64,000 nucleotides of DNA from an uncultured Candidatus Saccharibacteria bacterium (GCA_964425625.1 CAYRMI010000001.1:866-64865); one strand, 5' to 3'. Shown: positions 1 through 10,444, numbered from the stretch's first letter. The notes: a model not told the origin generated them from the letters alone. Translations and numbers: made by a program.

Positions 1-29
1 TAGAATTTTTGTTGCAGTTGCCATAGAGA

Positions 30-392
30 TTACTCAGTAATTACGAGCTGTTTTAATAATTGCTTTTTTAGCTTGTTGTTTGGTAGCATACCACCAATAG
101 TGCGACGAACTACTTCCCCATAGCCACGTCGAGTCGCTAAATGACCAAGTGTCTCTCGACTTTGACCACCTGGATAACCAGAATAAGTTTGGTATATCTC
201 TTGTTTTTTCTTGTCAGAGATATCCATCTTACTAGCATTGGCGATGGTGACAGTTACGTCTTCTATCGTATGACGGGCAAAATCAGTGGCTTTTTTTCCA
301 ATCAATACAGAAGCTGCTTCGGTAGCAATTTTACCTAAACGCTTACCGGTAGCATCTATTTCGTATGATTTAGTTGTTACTGTTGTTTTCAT
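30..392 (-). CDS. rplM: 50S ribosomal protein L13 (short form)
   Basis: IDATGKRLGKIATEAA, YSGYPGG and GMLPNNKL motifs; follows rplQ. Confidence 0.95.
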   Translation of the reverse strand: MKTTVTTKSYEIDATGKRLGKIATEAASVLIGKKATDFARHTIEDVTVTIANASKMDISDKKKQEIYQTYSGYPGGQSRETLGHLATRRGYGEVVRRTIGGMLPNNKLKKQLLKQLVITE

Positions 393-394
393 AT

Positions 395-751
395 TTATTC
401 AACGAATTCGATTACTGCCTGGTCGCGTCCTGAAGGCATTCGACCCATTTTTATAACTCTAGTGTAGCCACCATTTCTAGTTTCAAATTTTGGTGCGATT
501 TCGGCAAAAAGCTTTTTGACTATCTCATCATTTGGCTCGCCTAAACGGCTGGCTACAGTTCTTCGGGCAGCGATGGTGTTTTTCTTGGCAAAAGTAACTA
601 GTCTCTCTATTCGAGGTTGTAGTTCTTTAGCCTTGGCAATAGTCGTGGTGATCTTTCCATCACGAATTAATGATACCGAGAGGCCACGCAAAAGAGCGGC
701 GCGCTGACCTGCGGGACGACTTAAAGTTCGGTTTTTGTTAGAATGTCGCAT
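395..751 (-). CDS. rplQ: 50S ribosomal protein L17
   Basis: MRHSNKNRTLSR, ITTTIAKAKELQP, RNGGYTRVIK; alpha-operon position. Confidence 0.98.
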   Translation of the reverse strand: MRHSNKNRTLSRPAGQRAALLRGLSVSLIRDGKITTTIAKAKELQPRIERLVTFAKKNTIAARRTVASRLGEPNDEIVKKLFAEIAPKFETRNGGYTRVIKMGRMPSGRDQAVIEFVE

Positions 752-759
752 AAAGTTTG

Positions 760-1719
760 TTACTCAGTGAGACTTAGGTTCATTCGTTCAAGGAGAAGAA
801 TGATTTCCTCCAGTCCTTTTGGACCAATGCCTTCGAGGGCTAGAATATCATCTTTTCTCTTTCGCACAAGTCCACCGACAGTTCTGATGCTGGCTACTTC
901 GAGGGCTTGCAAAGTGCGGGCTGATAAATCAAGTGTTTCGATTCGGGTTTTAAGAACATCGGGATTTGGCTCTGTAGATACCTCCTCAGACACTGGTATG
1001 GTAGCAGGAGCAGAGACTACGAAGTCTTCCTGGAAACCAATCACGGCCTTAAGCTGGTGAATCATAATTTCTATAGATTTCTCCAGGGCTTCTCTAGGGG
1101 TAAAAGTACCATCAGTTTCTATAAAGACACGCAGACGATTGTAGTCTGTACGATCACCCACGCGCATGTTTTCTACTTCATAGTTAGCGCGACGAATCGG
1201 TGTAAACACTGCATCGATAGCAATAGTTCCAATTTCCACCTTGTCTCTTTGGTGTACTTCGCGTGGTACATAACCAAGACCTTTTTCCACCAATATGTCC
1301 ATTTCTAGAGTGGCTCCTTTACTGGTGATTTCGGCAATATGCTGTTCTGGATTTAGAACGTCAACTTGGCTGGGACAGACAATGTCTGACGCTGTTATAA
1401 TTCCGATGCCAGACTTCTTAAGAGTGATGCGCATTGGCTCATCACCATGAAGGTTTAGACGAACTCTTTTTAGGTTTAGTAAGACTGTTATTACATCCTC
1501 ACGGATTCCATCAATCGCGCTAAATTCATGTGCGACACCTTCAATTTTAACCTGCGTAACAGCTGCTCCTGGTAGTGAAGAGAGGATAATGCGACGGAGT
1601 GAATTTCCTAAAGTGTGACCGTAGCCAGGGTATAATCCATCAATCTCAAATACTCCTCGGAATTCATCCTCGGAAACAACTCGTGGCTTTGAAGGTAGGG
1701 TAACGTTAGTTTCTAACAT
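760..1719 (-). CDS. rpoA: RNA polymerase alpha subunit
   Basis: GYGHTLGNSLRRIILSSLPGAAV, HEFSAIDG, RVGDRTDYNRL, C-terminal HhH domain. Confidence 0.98.
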   Translation of the reverse strand: MLETNVTLPSKPRVVSEDEFRGVFEIDGLYPGYGHTLGNSLRRIILSSLPGAAVTQVKIEGVAHEFSAIDGIREDVITVLLNLKRVRLNLHGDEPMRITLKKSGIGIITASDIVCPSQVDVLNPEQHIAEITSKGATLEMDILVEKGLGYVPREVHQRDKVEIGTIAIDAVFTPIRRANYEVENMRVGDRTDYNRLRVFIETDGTFTPREALEKSIEIMIHQLKAVIGFQEDFVVSAPATIPVSEEVSTEPNPDVLKTRIETLDLSARTLQALEVASIRTVGGLVRKRKDDILALEGIGPKGLEEIILLLERMNLSLTE

Positions 1720-1753
1720 AGCTTAATTTTTAGGCACTAATAACTTCTTCTAC

Positions 1754-2359
1754 CTATCGGCTGTAGTACTCCATTACCAATTCGGGGTCAAACAGTGTTT
1801 CAGTTGGATTGTATACTGGCATACCTACAACAGTTGCCGTAAGTTTCTTTATATCTAGAGATAGCCAGGCTGGTACTCCTAATCCTTCATGTTTCTCGGC
1901 CAATTCGACAAAAAGACCAGAGGTTTTACTACCTTCACGAACAGTAATAATGTCTCCATTTCTTACTTTATAGGAAGGGATAGTAAAGCGCTTACCGTTT
2001 ACTAAGACATGTCCATGCGAAACAATCTGACGTGCTTGTTGTCGTGTCTTGGCAAAGCCTAGACGGTATATTGTATTGTCTAGACGAGACTCCAATCTTT
2101 CCATTAAGTGAGAAATAGGTTGATGACCAGACTCAATAGCTTCGTCTACATACCGCTTGAGTTGCTTTTCAGTAATGGTGTAAGTAAAGCGCATCTTTTG
2201 CTTCTCGATGAGTTGACGTTTGTAATCACTCGCTTGACCACCGCGCTTAACTTGTCGTCCACCTCGAGCTTGAGAAAGAGCAAATTTTTGCGTCTGTGTC
2301 TTTTCGAAGATGGGAGCACCGAGGCGCTTGGCAATTTTGTATTTTGGACCAATTTTCAT
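1754..2359 (-). CDS. rpsD: 30S ribosomal protein S4
   Basis: LESRLDNTIYRLGFA..RQQARQIVSHGHVLVNG, EYYSR terminus. Confidence 0.98.
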   Translation of the reverse strand: MKIGPKYKIAKRLGAPIFEKTQTQKFALSQARGGRQVKRGGQASDYKRQLIEKQKMRFTYTITEKQLKRYVDEAIESGHQPISHLMERLESRLDNTIYRLGFAKTRQQARQIVSHGHVLVNGKRFTIPSYKVRNGDIITVREGSKTSGLFVELAEKHEGLGVPAWLSLDIKKLTATVVGMPVYNPTETLFDPELVMEYYSR

Positions 2360-2370
2360 ACTAAAAAATA

Positions 2371-2802
2371 TTAGACACGACGAGGTTTAGGTGGTCGTGT
2401 ACCATTAAATGGAACTGGCGTCATGTCGGTAATGCGAGTTATGCCAATACCCTTTCCAGAAAATGCTCGCAAGGCTGACTCACGTCCAGCACCGACGCCA
2501 CGGATAACGACGTCAGCGTCCTTCATCCCCATTTGCTGGGCCTTTTCGCCAATTATTTCGCCTACTTTAGCAGCTGCAAAAGGAGTACTTTTGCGTGATC
2601 CTTTAAAGCCAAGTGCTCCACTAGAGGCACTCATAACCGCGTTACCCTTTGTGTCACAAAGTGTTAGCAAAGTATTATTAAAAGTAGCTAGGATATTTAA
2701 TTTTCCATTAGCTAGTTTTCTTTTAGGGATGCGATTCAGCGCGCGAGAAGTTCCCGCTACATCTGAACCCCCTCCCTTTTTTATGATACGTTTCTTACCC
2801 AT
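2371..2802 (-). CDS. rpsK: 30S ribosomal protein S11
   Basis: ATFNNT, GFKGSRKSTPFAA, GAGRESA, NGTRPPKPRRV. Confidence 0.98.
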   Translation of the reverse strand: MGKKRIIKKGGGSDVAGTSRALNRIPKRKLANGKLNILATFNNTLLTLCDTKGNAVMSASSGALGFKGSRKSTPFAAAKVGEIIGEKAQQMGMKDADVVIRGVGAGRESALRAFSGKGIGITRITDMTPVPFNGTRPPKPRRV

Positions 2803-2840
2803 ATGTCTTACGTAATGTTAATAAATAAAGCTACCTAATT

Positions 2841-3218
2841 CTAAGTCTTTTCTAGCTTACGGCGTCCACTACCCATCGTCTTCTTTGCTCCCTTGAGGGT
2901 GCGAGCGTTTGTCTTGGTTCGTTGGCCACGCGCTGGTAACCGCTTGGCATGACGTGAACCACGATATGAAGCAATGTCTTTCAAACGCTTTATATTTGAA
3001 GCAATTTCTCGTTTGAGATCGCCTTCAATACGAAATGATTCCACTTTTTCTCGAATTGCATTTTCTTGTTCAGTTGTTAGATCGGTTGGTTTAGTGGTTG
3101 GATCAATAGCTAGTCCATTAAGGATAGACTTAGCACGGGATAGACCAATGCCGTACACTGCGGTGAGTGCATAAGCAAGTTGCTTTTCGTCTGGAATTGT
3201 TATACCTGAAATTCTCAT
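2841..3218 (-). CDS. rpsM: 30S ribosomal protein S13
   Basis: YGIG, EGDLKRE, SYRGSRH..LPARGQRTKTNART. Confidence 0.98.
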   Translation of the reverse strand: MRISGITIPDEKQLAYALTAVYGIGLSRAKSILNGLAIDPTTKPTDLTTEQENAIREKVESFRIEGDLKREIASNIKRLKDIASYRGSRHAKRLPARGQRTKTNARTLKGAKKTMGSGRRKLEKT

Positions 3219-3223
3219 ATTAT

Positions 3224-3340
3224 TTATCCTTGTCTTTGCTTGTGTCGTGGCTTCTTTTTGTTAATGACGAACACTACACCACGACGCTTTACTATAATGT
3301 CATCAGGACTCATCTTTTTTACTGACGATCTTACTTTCAT
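3224..3340 (-). CDS. rpmJ: 50S ribosomal protein L36 (cysteine-free type); not in the ORF track
   Basis: Manual translation [38 protein letters not shown]; lies between infA and rpsM. Confidence 0.95.
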   Translation of the reverse strand: MKVRSSVKKMSPDDIIVKRRGVVFVINKKKPRHKQRQG

Positions 3341-3348
3341 ATATTTTA

Positions 3349-3576
3349 TTAAAGTCTCTTTGTAATACGTGCTTTCCCGCCGTATGGATCCATTACCATG
3401 CCGACTTTATCACCTACTAGCACGCGGATGCGAAACTTTCGCATTTTACCAGCTAGATAAGCAATTTTGCTTTCTTTTGTGTCGTCTATTATGACACGAA
3501 AAAGAGCATTAGGTAAAGCCTCGTCGACAGTACCGTAAGTTAAATCGTCTTTAACGTCTTGTATTTTTTGATCCAT
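3349..3576 (-). CDS. infA: Translation initiation factor IF-1
   Basis: [34 protein letters not shown]. Confidence 0.96.
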   Translation of the reverse strand: MDQKIQDVKDDLTYGTVDEALPNALFRVIIDDTKESKIAYLAGKMRKFRIRVLVGDKVGMVMDPYGGKARITKRL

Positions 3577-3633
3577 TAAACGTCGCTGAGTCTAACAAAT
3601 ATTATTAAAACGGTCAAGTCAGACTTTATCACT

Positions 3634-4968
3634 TTACTCAGTTTTTTTGTCTCCAATTATTTCAATCACCACAATTTCTTCTGAATTTTCAGGAAAAGTA
3701 CGCTTCCAAAAAGGTTTATCGGATATCTCGGCACTGCGTATACCTGTATGACCAGATAATACTACACTAATAGCTGTTAGGGATTTACCGGCTAGGTCTT
3801 TTTTTAGCTGATTTGCATCAAATTGCCAAACGATCTGTGGTTTTCCGATAATTGAGAAGGCTAGTGAGGTAGCATCAGCAATGTTTGTTGCGCTTGTTTT
3901 TGGGTCTACGTAAGAAAAAGTTAAGTCTCCTAAATTGGTTATTTGTACGGCTTCGCCAGCGTAGGAAGGAATTGTTTTTTCTGCAATGTAGTTGGCAAAG
4001 CTTATTTGATCAAATAATGGTTGTTGCAAAGTCGCTTGCTCTCTAATGGTCACGAGGTTATCTCCAAATTCAAGGGTAGGTAGTGAGTTATAAGTAATAG
4101 CTACAGCTCCGGGGAAGGCAATAAAACCAGCTGGCTTCATATTATCGATTTGCGCCAAGACTTTGTCTCTAAGTTCGATTTGAAGCGATTGCACAGCCGT
4201 CGCAAGCTCTGCGTCGTCTATAATGAATTTTGGTCCATTAAAGCCGCCTGTAAATGCTTCACGATTTTCGGCATATATTGAATTATATAATTCGTTTAGA
4301 TTATTCTCCTTAAAACCAGGAATATCAAAACGCGTTCCGGTCGGGAGGTTATACTCCTGTCCAGAGTCATCGGCAAATACTTCGGCCCTGATTGTTCCTG
4401 GCACTAGATTTCCTGCAGAATCTTTTATGGCTCCCGGTACTACGACAGATTCTTGGATCCTGAAAATTAAACCATTCGGGGATCTAAACCTAGTATTTTT
4501 TATCAGTCTCTCAGTTCCTGGGGTTGATTTAATTATTTCGATAAATCCTTTGGCTTGTTCTTTTACTGTTTCTTGTCCAGTAGCTTTAACTTGTTGCTCC
4601 CCGGTTTCCTGGATGGTCATAACCTCATATGCCAGTTCCCCATCTCTCTTTTCTGGATAGGCGATAAATTCAGCACTAACGGTTGGTTCACTAAACTCTG
4701 GATAAACAGTTAGAGTTGTTTTTGCAACTAATAAACTAAATCCAAATAGACTAGAAATTATTATCACCACAACGACAGCAATCACTATAAGGTTCACTCT
4801 ACTTTCCTTCCTACCGTTCTTTATTACGATAGTGTCAGTATCTAAATCTACAGGTCTTTTTGCTTCCAGTGGCGATTTTACCAAATCATCCTCTGTATTT
4901 AATTGAGTTGGTCTTCTTCTTCTGGGTTCAGCTGGACGTATATCCTGTAGGTTCCATTTTTGTGTCAT
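3634..4968 (-). CDS. Single-pass membrane protein with a large extracellular beta-rich domain (remotely baseplate J-like)
   Basis: 444 aa; N-terminal charged tail, one TM helix, LIKNTRF-x-SPNGLIF and FTGG motifs; fold assignment is recalled, not computed. Confidence 0.55.
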   Translation of the reverse strand: MTQKWNLQDIRPAEPRRRRPTQLNTEDDLVKSPLEAKRPVDLDTDTIVIKNGRKESRVNLIVIAVVVVIIISSLFGFSLLVAKTTLTVYPEFSEPTVSAEFIAYPEKRDGELAYEVMTIQETGEQQVKATGQETVKEQAKGFIEIIKSTPGTERLIKNTRFRSPNGLIFRIQESVVVPGAIKDSAGNLVPGTIRAEVFADDSGQEYNLPTGTRFDIPGFKENNLNELYNSIYAENREAFTGGFNGPKFIIDDAELATAVQSLQIELRDKVLAQIDNMKPAGFIAFPGAVAITYNSLPTLEFGDNLVTIREQATLQQPLFDQISFANYIAEKTIPSYAGEAVQITNLGDLTFSYVDPKTSATNIADATSLAFSIIGKPQIVWQFDANQLKKDLAGKSLTAISVVLSGHTGIRSAEISDKPFWKRTFPENSEEIVVIEIIGDKKTE

Positions 4969-4989
4969 ATTTATATATAGTATAGCCTT

Positions 4990-6222
4990 TTATGGGTGCT
5001 CAAATTTACTATGAAAATCACGCATGTGGAAAAACTGAGCTGAAATTAATAAGGCAGTATCAATATTTTTTGTTTGAATTTCTCGCGCTATTTCCCCGGG
5101 GTAATATTTGCTTATTATTTCTTTCGATACAGGATAAACTGCATGTGATGAATTAGTAGCTAGTTTTGCCGCCTGACTGACTTGATTAATAAAAAAGTCT
5201 TCTGTTTGTAAGTTTCCATGAATATATATTTTTTTTGGAATTGCTAGACCATCACCAGTTTCGTGAAATAAACTAGCTAGCTCTCTCTGGTACTCTAAAG
5301 ATATATCCTTTATAGCCTCGATTTTAGTGGCGGGATACTGCTCAAGCAGAGATATTGGGTCTTTTTGATGTAGGTAACCAAAGGCTTCGGCGACAGGCAC
5401 TTTTAATTCCTTAGCAATTTTTCGAGCCAGAGTAAAGGAACCAATCTCAGTATGAGTGGTATAGTTTAAGAAACCATCGCGAACGACTCCTAGTTCTGTG
5501 GCTTCGTAGGTAATATCAACTAAGCAAAACTCATTGGTGTCGGTGTGAAGCTGTTTAAGAATATAGTAGTAAATTAAAACGAATGAGTATAAATATAGTT
5601 TGCTTTCGGGTAAAACTTTGTCACAGGCTTTAGTTAAAGCATCAATCATGTAGTCTTGTGCTATAGCGCTGGTTTCTACTAGTTGTAAGCTTTTTGTCTT
5701 TTGATTATTGAGTGTTTGCAAGTTATAGCCGTTGGCTCTTAACCCGATTAAACTTCTAGTGATAACTGACAGGCCTAATTCATTAATCTTTTCATTTTCT
5801 TGCAGTTCTTCTTCGACTTTTTGATGAGCCGTTCGTAATAATTCTTCAATTAATTCCTTGGATAGTGAATACTGCTCTGTCTTAGCATAATTTATATTCT
5901 TGGTAATGGTATATGACCACGGAGCCACAATGGTAACTTGGGCTTCAGGTAGTCTGTTTTGATTTGTCAGGTCATAAAAAACCTTACGTCCTTCACTATT
6001 TAGTTGCATTAAGGCACTAACTAGTGAGGTCATGACATTCTTAGCACTATCAGTTAGCGTATCATCACTACGCAGTGGCGAATACTCACGCTTTGACCAA
6101 ATAATTTCAGGATAGGACTTAGTGCTGTCGCTTTTTATAATCGCCACCAACACACTGCCCGAACCAATATCTATAAGTGAACCGTAAGTGATATCTTTTT
6201 GACCACGTGACAAAAAACCCAT
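4990..6222 (-). CDS. Divergent actin-fold (FtsA/PilM-like) protein
   Basis: N-terminal LIDIGSGSV phosphate-1 motif, LVDITYEATEL phosphate-2-like motif, KIYIHG adenosine-like motif. Confidence 0.6.
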   Translation of the reverse strand: MGFLSRGQKDITYGSLIDIGSGSVLVAIIKSDSTKSYPEIIWSKREYSPLRSDDTLTDSAKNVMTSLVSALMQLNSEGRKVFYDLTNQNRLPEAQVTIVAPWSYTITKNINYAKTEQYSLSKELIEELLRTAHQKVEEELQENEKINELGLSVITRSLIGLRANGYNLQTLNNQKTKSLQLVETSAIAQDYMIDALTKACDKVLPESKLYLYSFVLIYYYILKQLHTDTNEFCLVDITYEATELGVVRDGFLNYTTHTEIGSFTLARKIAKELKVPVAEAFGYLHQKDPISLLEQYPATKIEAIKDISLEYQRELASLFHETGDGLAIPKKIYIHGNLQTEDFFINQVSQAAKLATNSSHAVYPVSKEIISKYYPGEIAREIQTKNIDTALLISAQFFHMRDFHSKFEHP

Positions 6223-6284
6223 AGTATTAATTATAGCAAGTAACTTTGTGGTATAGCTGTAACTTTCCGTTGATTCGGGGATAG

Positions 6285-8231
6285 TTAACTTAAGGTCGCT
6301 TTAATTCTTCTTACTCCAGAAGAAGATGATTCTTCCTTGATTATTTTGAAAGTACCCTTAATATCTTCAAGTTTTGTTACGTGAGGGCCGCCGCAAAGCT
6401 CCTTAGAGAAGATGGTTCCATCATTTCCGGTCATTATGTAGACCTTTACTTCATCTGGATAACGATCCCAGAAGCTGGCCTCTATACTACTATCGGCCTG
6501 AGCCTTTTCTTTGGGCATGATTTCAATTGTCACTTGACCGCCAATTTTGATTGCATTATTTACATAAGTCTCGACTTTATCTAGCACTTCTCGAGTTATT
6601 TTTTCTGGGTGAGTAAAGTCATAGCGAAGTCGCTCGTTAGTTATATTTGAACCAGCTTGATGGACATGGCTACCAAGTTCTTTTTGTAGGCCAGCTAGCA
6701 TCAGGTGGGTAGCTGTATGAAGTTCGATTACTTTTTCTGAATTGTCAGCCAGACCTCCTTTAAACTTTTGTTCCGCGCCCGCTCTGGAAGTTGCTTTGTG
6801 TTGCTCCATAAGGGTTTCAAAGTCCTTTCTTTCCACAATCAAGCCTTTCTCTGCAGCAATCTCTTCAGTTAGTTCTATAGGAAAACCATAAGTTGTATAG
6901 AGGTCAAATGCATTTTTTGCACTAATAGCTTGTTTGGTAATAGGAGGGATTGACTTATCAATCACTTTTTTCCCGTCCTCTACCTTACTAGTTACATGGA
7001 TTTGCAAAGAAATTTTGTTAAATTGTCTCAGTCCAGCTTCGAGAGTCTTGCGGAATTGCTCTTCTTCGTGGGCGATTGCTTCTTTGATTACTGACTTCCT
7101 TTCAAGTAAAACTGGATAATGAGTGGCGTAAGTATCAATCACGCTCGAAGCTAACTCAGAAAATTTACCAGCTGGTATAGCTAGTTTGTCAGCATAACGA
7201 ACAGCTCGTCGCAGGAGTCGTCTTACAAAATAATCTTGATCAGTATTGCCAGGTAAAACACCATCACTAATTAAAAACACTGCCCCACGAATATGATCAG
7301 TTATAACTCTAAAGGCCACTAAATCATCTGTGTATTTCTTATGTGAAAGCTCTTCAATCTGCTCAATCACCTGCCATAATAAATCTACTTTAAAGACATC
7401 AGGAGTCCCTAATTTGGCTGCTGCGATACGTTCCAGTCCTCCACCAAAGTCAACATTACTTTGTGGTAGCTTGGTAAATGAACCATCTGGTTGTTTGATG
7501 TATTCAATAAACACTGAATTCCCTATTTCAAGAAATTGACCGGAATCACTATTGGGATGAGGGGCCATCTCTTTGTATTTGGGATTGGTTGCATAGTTTG
7601 GGCCAAAATCGTAAAAGACTTCACTGTCTGGTCCGCCGATTTCGCCAACCGGCATTTTATCGGGCTGTCCAGAACGACTCCACCAGTTCTTGGCTGCGTC
7701 ATAGTAGAAAATTCTGCCTCCTTGCATACCAACTTCATAACCAGCTTCTTCACTACCAATATATACATCTTTGGCTTCTATACCACGCTCCGCAAATAAT
7801 TCTTTCCAAATAGCTACTGACTCAACGTCTCTTGGTATACAGAGAGATTCATCACCAGCAAAAACCGTTACATAGATTTTATTTGGATCTAGTCCTATTT
7901 CATCAACTAAGTAGGTAAAAAACCAGCGTAGCTGATCTTTCTTGAAATAGTCCCCCAAAGACCAATTACCAAGCATTTCAAAAAAAGTTGTGTGACGATT
8001 GTCTCCCACCTCTTCAATGTCGTTAGCTCTAAAACACTTCTGGGAATCGGCTATACGTGTACCTTTTGGGTGTTTCTCCCCCATTAAATATGGGATCAAA
8101 GGTTGCATACCGCTACCGGTAAAAAGTGTAGTCGGATCGTTTTCTGGCACAAGGGCAGAAGAAGGCACGATAGCGTGGCTATTTTTCGCCATAAAAGCTA
8201 AATATTTCTCTCGCACTTCATTACCACTCAT
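6285..8231 (-). CDS. alaS: Alanine--tRNA ligase, short form without C-Ala domain
   Basis: DPTTLFTGSGMQ, RHTTFFEMLGNWS, VDFGGGLER, editing motifs HTATH and ELCGGPH, ends at GVRRIKA. Confidence 0.96.
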   Translation of the reverse strand: MSGNEVREKYLAFMAKNSHAIVPSSALVPENDPTTLFTGSGMQPLIPYLMGEKHPKGTRIADSQKCFRANDIEEVGDNRHTTFFEMLGNWSLGDYFKKDQLRWFFTYLVDEIGLDPNKIYVTVFAGDESLCIPRDVESVAIWKELFAERGIEAKDVYIGSEEAGYEVGMQGGRIFYYDAAKNWWSRSGQPDKMPVGEIGGPDSEVFYDFGPNYATNPKYKEMAPHPNSDSGQFLEIGNSVFIEYIKQPDGSFTKLPQSNVDFGGGLERIAAAKLGTPDVFKVDLLWQVIEQIEELSHKKYTDDLVAFRVITDHIRGAVFLISDGVLPGNTDQDYFVRRLLRRAVRYADKLAIPAGKFSELASSVIDTYATHYPVLLERKSVIKEAIAHEEEQFRKTLEAGLRQFNKISLQIHVTSKVEDGKKVIDKSIPPITKQAISAKNAFDLYTTYGFPIELTEEIAAEKGLIVERKDFETLMEQHKATSRAGAEQKFKGGLADNSEKVIELHTATHLMLAGLQKELGSHVHQAGSNITNERLRYDFTHPEKITREVLDKVETYVNNAIKIGGQVTIEIMPKEKAQADSSIEASFWDRYPDEVKVYIMTGNDGTIFSKELCGGPHVTKLEDIKGTFKIIKEESSSSGVRRIKATLS

Positions 8232-8284
8232 AGGAAAAACTGTTTATAACCTTACTAATGTCACCACTATAACAAAATATCTAA

Positions 8285-8560
8285 TTATTGCGAGAGAATG
8301 GCCGAAGCTGCTTGGTAGCATTCTACACCATGACAGGTAAGTAATGGTGTCAGTCCGTAGAAGTAAAGCTCCATCATATAGCCAATTATGATAGCAATGA
8401 CACCAATAATAGTGATAGTTTTCTCAAAATTGAAAGATGAGATGACTCGATTATCGATTTTTCTTTCTTCCGCCATAATGTGATGCACCTTTAAAATCGC
8501 TAAGGCAACCAATACCTTACCAAATACTCCTACAGTCAAACCCCAAAATAGTATATTCAT
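8285..8560 (-). CDS. Small membrane protein (2 TM)
   Basis: 91 aa ORF with two hydrophobic segments; TATAAT just upstream of ATG. Confidence 0.7.
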   Translation of the reverse strand: MNILFWGLTVGVFGKVLVALAILKVHHIMAEERKIDNRVISSFNFEKTITIIGVIAIIIGYMMELYFYGLTPLLTCHGVECYQAASAILSQ

Positions 8561-8572
8561 AATTAAATTATA

Positions 8573-10420
8573 CTATATACGAGTTACTTTCTGCTTATTT
8601 ACCAACTTTTGAAAAGTTGCAATATCTGCTGCGTGGGCACTCAAGGCCTCACTAAATGTTTCTGCTTTTGTTGTATCTATCTTTATTTGCTTGAATATAT
8701 TTATGACAGAATCAGATGATCCCGCTGTGAGAAAAGTGTCTATTTCTTTTCTATATGAGTTGTCGGCTTTGTAATTCCTGGCCATAATAGAGCTCATCAT
8801 ATGTCCAAATGTGTAGGAGTAGACATAAAAACCATAACGTAAGTGCGGGATATATACATACGAAGTTCCATCTTCTGGTTTTACTATTACACCCTCTCCA
8901 AGGTAAGAGCAAAGGTGCTTGTACATACAGCTTTTTAGTTCAGCATGAGTCATTGCGCCATTTTGGTGGATAGTTTCATGTATCTCTAGTTCACAATTGA
9001 AGAATGCGATTTGTCTCTGCATAGTGGCAATATCTCTGGTAATTCTGTCATGCAACAGAACAAGTTTTGTATCTACGTCAGTAGCAGAAGCAATAATAGC
9101 GTCAAAGACCAGGCTTTCAAATAACGTGCTGGCTGTTTCGGCCGTGACTATTGAATGTCCATCGTAAAGTGGGGTTTGTAAAGCTGATCTTCTAGCATGT
9201 ACGGCATGACCCATTTCGTGAGCTAAAGTTTCTAGCGCTTTCATGGTACTTGTATGGTTGAGCATTACTTGCACTGGATGACCAGTTTGGTCGGACATAA
9301 ATGCTCCACCACGTTTGCCAGGCTTTGGGTATACATCGATTTGGCCGTTGATCAGCATGTCATCAAAAATCTGTCCATAAATAGGGTTGACTTGATAGAA
9401 GACGTCGCGACAGATAGTTAGAGCTTCGGAGAAATTGATGACCGGCTCTTCCCCTATAGTGTCGTACTTTTGGGCATACTGTATGGCTGGAACATTGTGG
9501 TATGAAGCTTTTAATTTGTAAAACTTTCGGCTAAGTTTGAAGCCAGTATCACTTAATACCTTTACCAAGGATTCAATACTTTTTTCATCGTGTTGATAAG
9601 CAATAGCTGTGGCGCTGTATGGTTTTTTGTATTTGCGTAAATCATCTTCCGTTCGTACATCAGTAATGATGGCATTAAACTCATGTTCAGCCGGAATACC
9701 AAATTCGTCCATTTTTTTTATAATAATTGACCACAGCTTTGGCTTTTCTGTACTTTTTAGAGTCTCGATGGTCTCGAGTGCTTCAGGTAAAGCAATTTTC
9801 TTTCCTTTCCAAGTAATTGAACTGGTGCTAGTGAGCTTGTCGGTCATTTGTTGCCACAAACCAGAGGCTTGTAAGGCTTTTAAGCGAATAATTTTTTCTT
9901 CCGCTTCAGAGAGGTCATGCTTAGCACTGGAGAATATTTGCTGTAGGAAATAGCGAAAATGAGCTAGTTTTGGGTCTTTTAAAAACTCCTTTTGTTTAGA
10001 CGTACTAATTTTTCCTAACTCAAGCGTAAAGAAAAGAATTCCATCTGAGGCGGGGCGGAGTCTTTTGCGTAACAAGGAGAGTGACTTTTCAGCCTTGTCG
10101 TCATTAGCATCTAATTCACTACGTAAAGAAAAATAGCGTCCGGGACGACTTAATTTTGGATCTCCGACTAGTTTCTCATACTCGGTTAAGGCTACAACTA
10201 AAAGTGCACTGTCAAAGATGAAAGGTTTTGTTCGCCAACGCTTAGCAAATTTTTGGTAGGCTAAAATAGTGTATTTGATATCTTCCTCTAGTCTAGGGTC
10301 TGCATCACTGGTATAGTACAAACTTTCCATGTCCCATTCAGTTTTAAAATCTTTAAGCTCTGGTAGATTAGTGCTTGGGGTATAAGAAAGTCCTGGTTTT
10401 ATTTGCTTGTTTTTTTTCAT
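8573..10420 (-). CDS. pepF: Oligoendopeptidase F family (M3B) metallopeptidase
   Basis: GKRGGAF, TLAHEMGHAVH, AETASTLFE, FYVYSY. Confidence 0.9.
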   Translation of the reverse strand: MKKNKQIKPGLSYTPSTNLPELKDFKTEWDMESLYYTSDADPRLEEDIKYTILAYQKFAKRWRTKPFIFDSALLVVALTEYEKLVGDPKLSRPGRYFSLRSELDANDDKAEKSLSLLRKRLRPASDGILFFTLELGKISTSKQKEFLKDPKLAHFRYFLQQIFSSAKHDLSEAEEKIIRLKALQASGLWQQMTDKLTSTSSITWKGKKIALPEALETIETLKSTEKPKLWSIIIKKMDEFGIPAEHEFNAIITDVRTEDDLRKYKKPYSATAIAYQHDEKSIESLVKVLSDTGFKLSRKFYKLKASYHNVPAIQYAQKYDTIGEEPVINFSEALTICRDVFYQVNPIYGQIFDDMLINGQIDVYPKPGKRGGAFMSDQTGHPVQVMLNHTSTMKALETLAHEMGHAVHARRSALQTPLYDGHSIVTAETASTLFESLVFDAIIASATDVDTKLVLLHDRITRDIATMQRQIAFFNCELEIHETIHQNGAMTHAELKSCMYKHLCSYLGEGVIVKPEDGTSYVYIPHLRYGFYVYSYTFGHMMSSIMARNYKADNSYRKEIDTFLTAGSSDSVINIFKQIKIDTTKAETFSEALSAHAADIATFQKLVNKQKVTRI

Positions 10421-10444
10421 GCTGATGATTAGTTTGACAGACGG

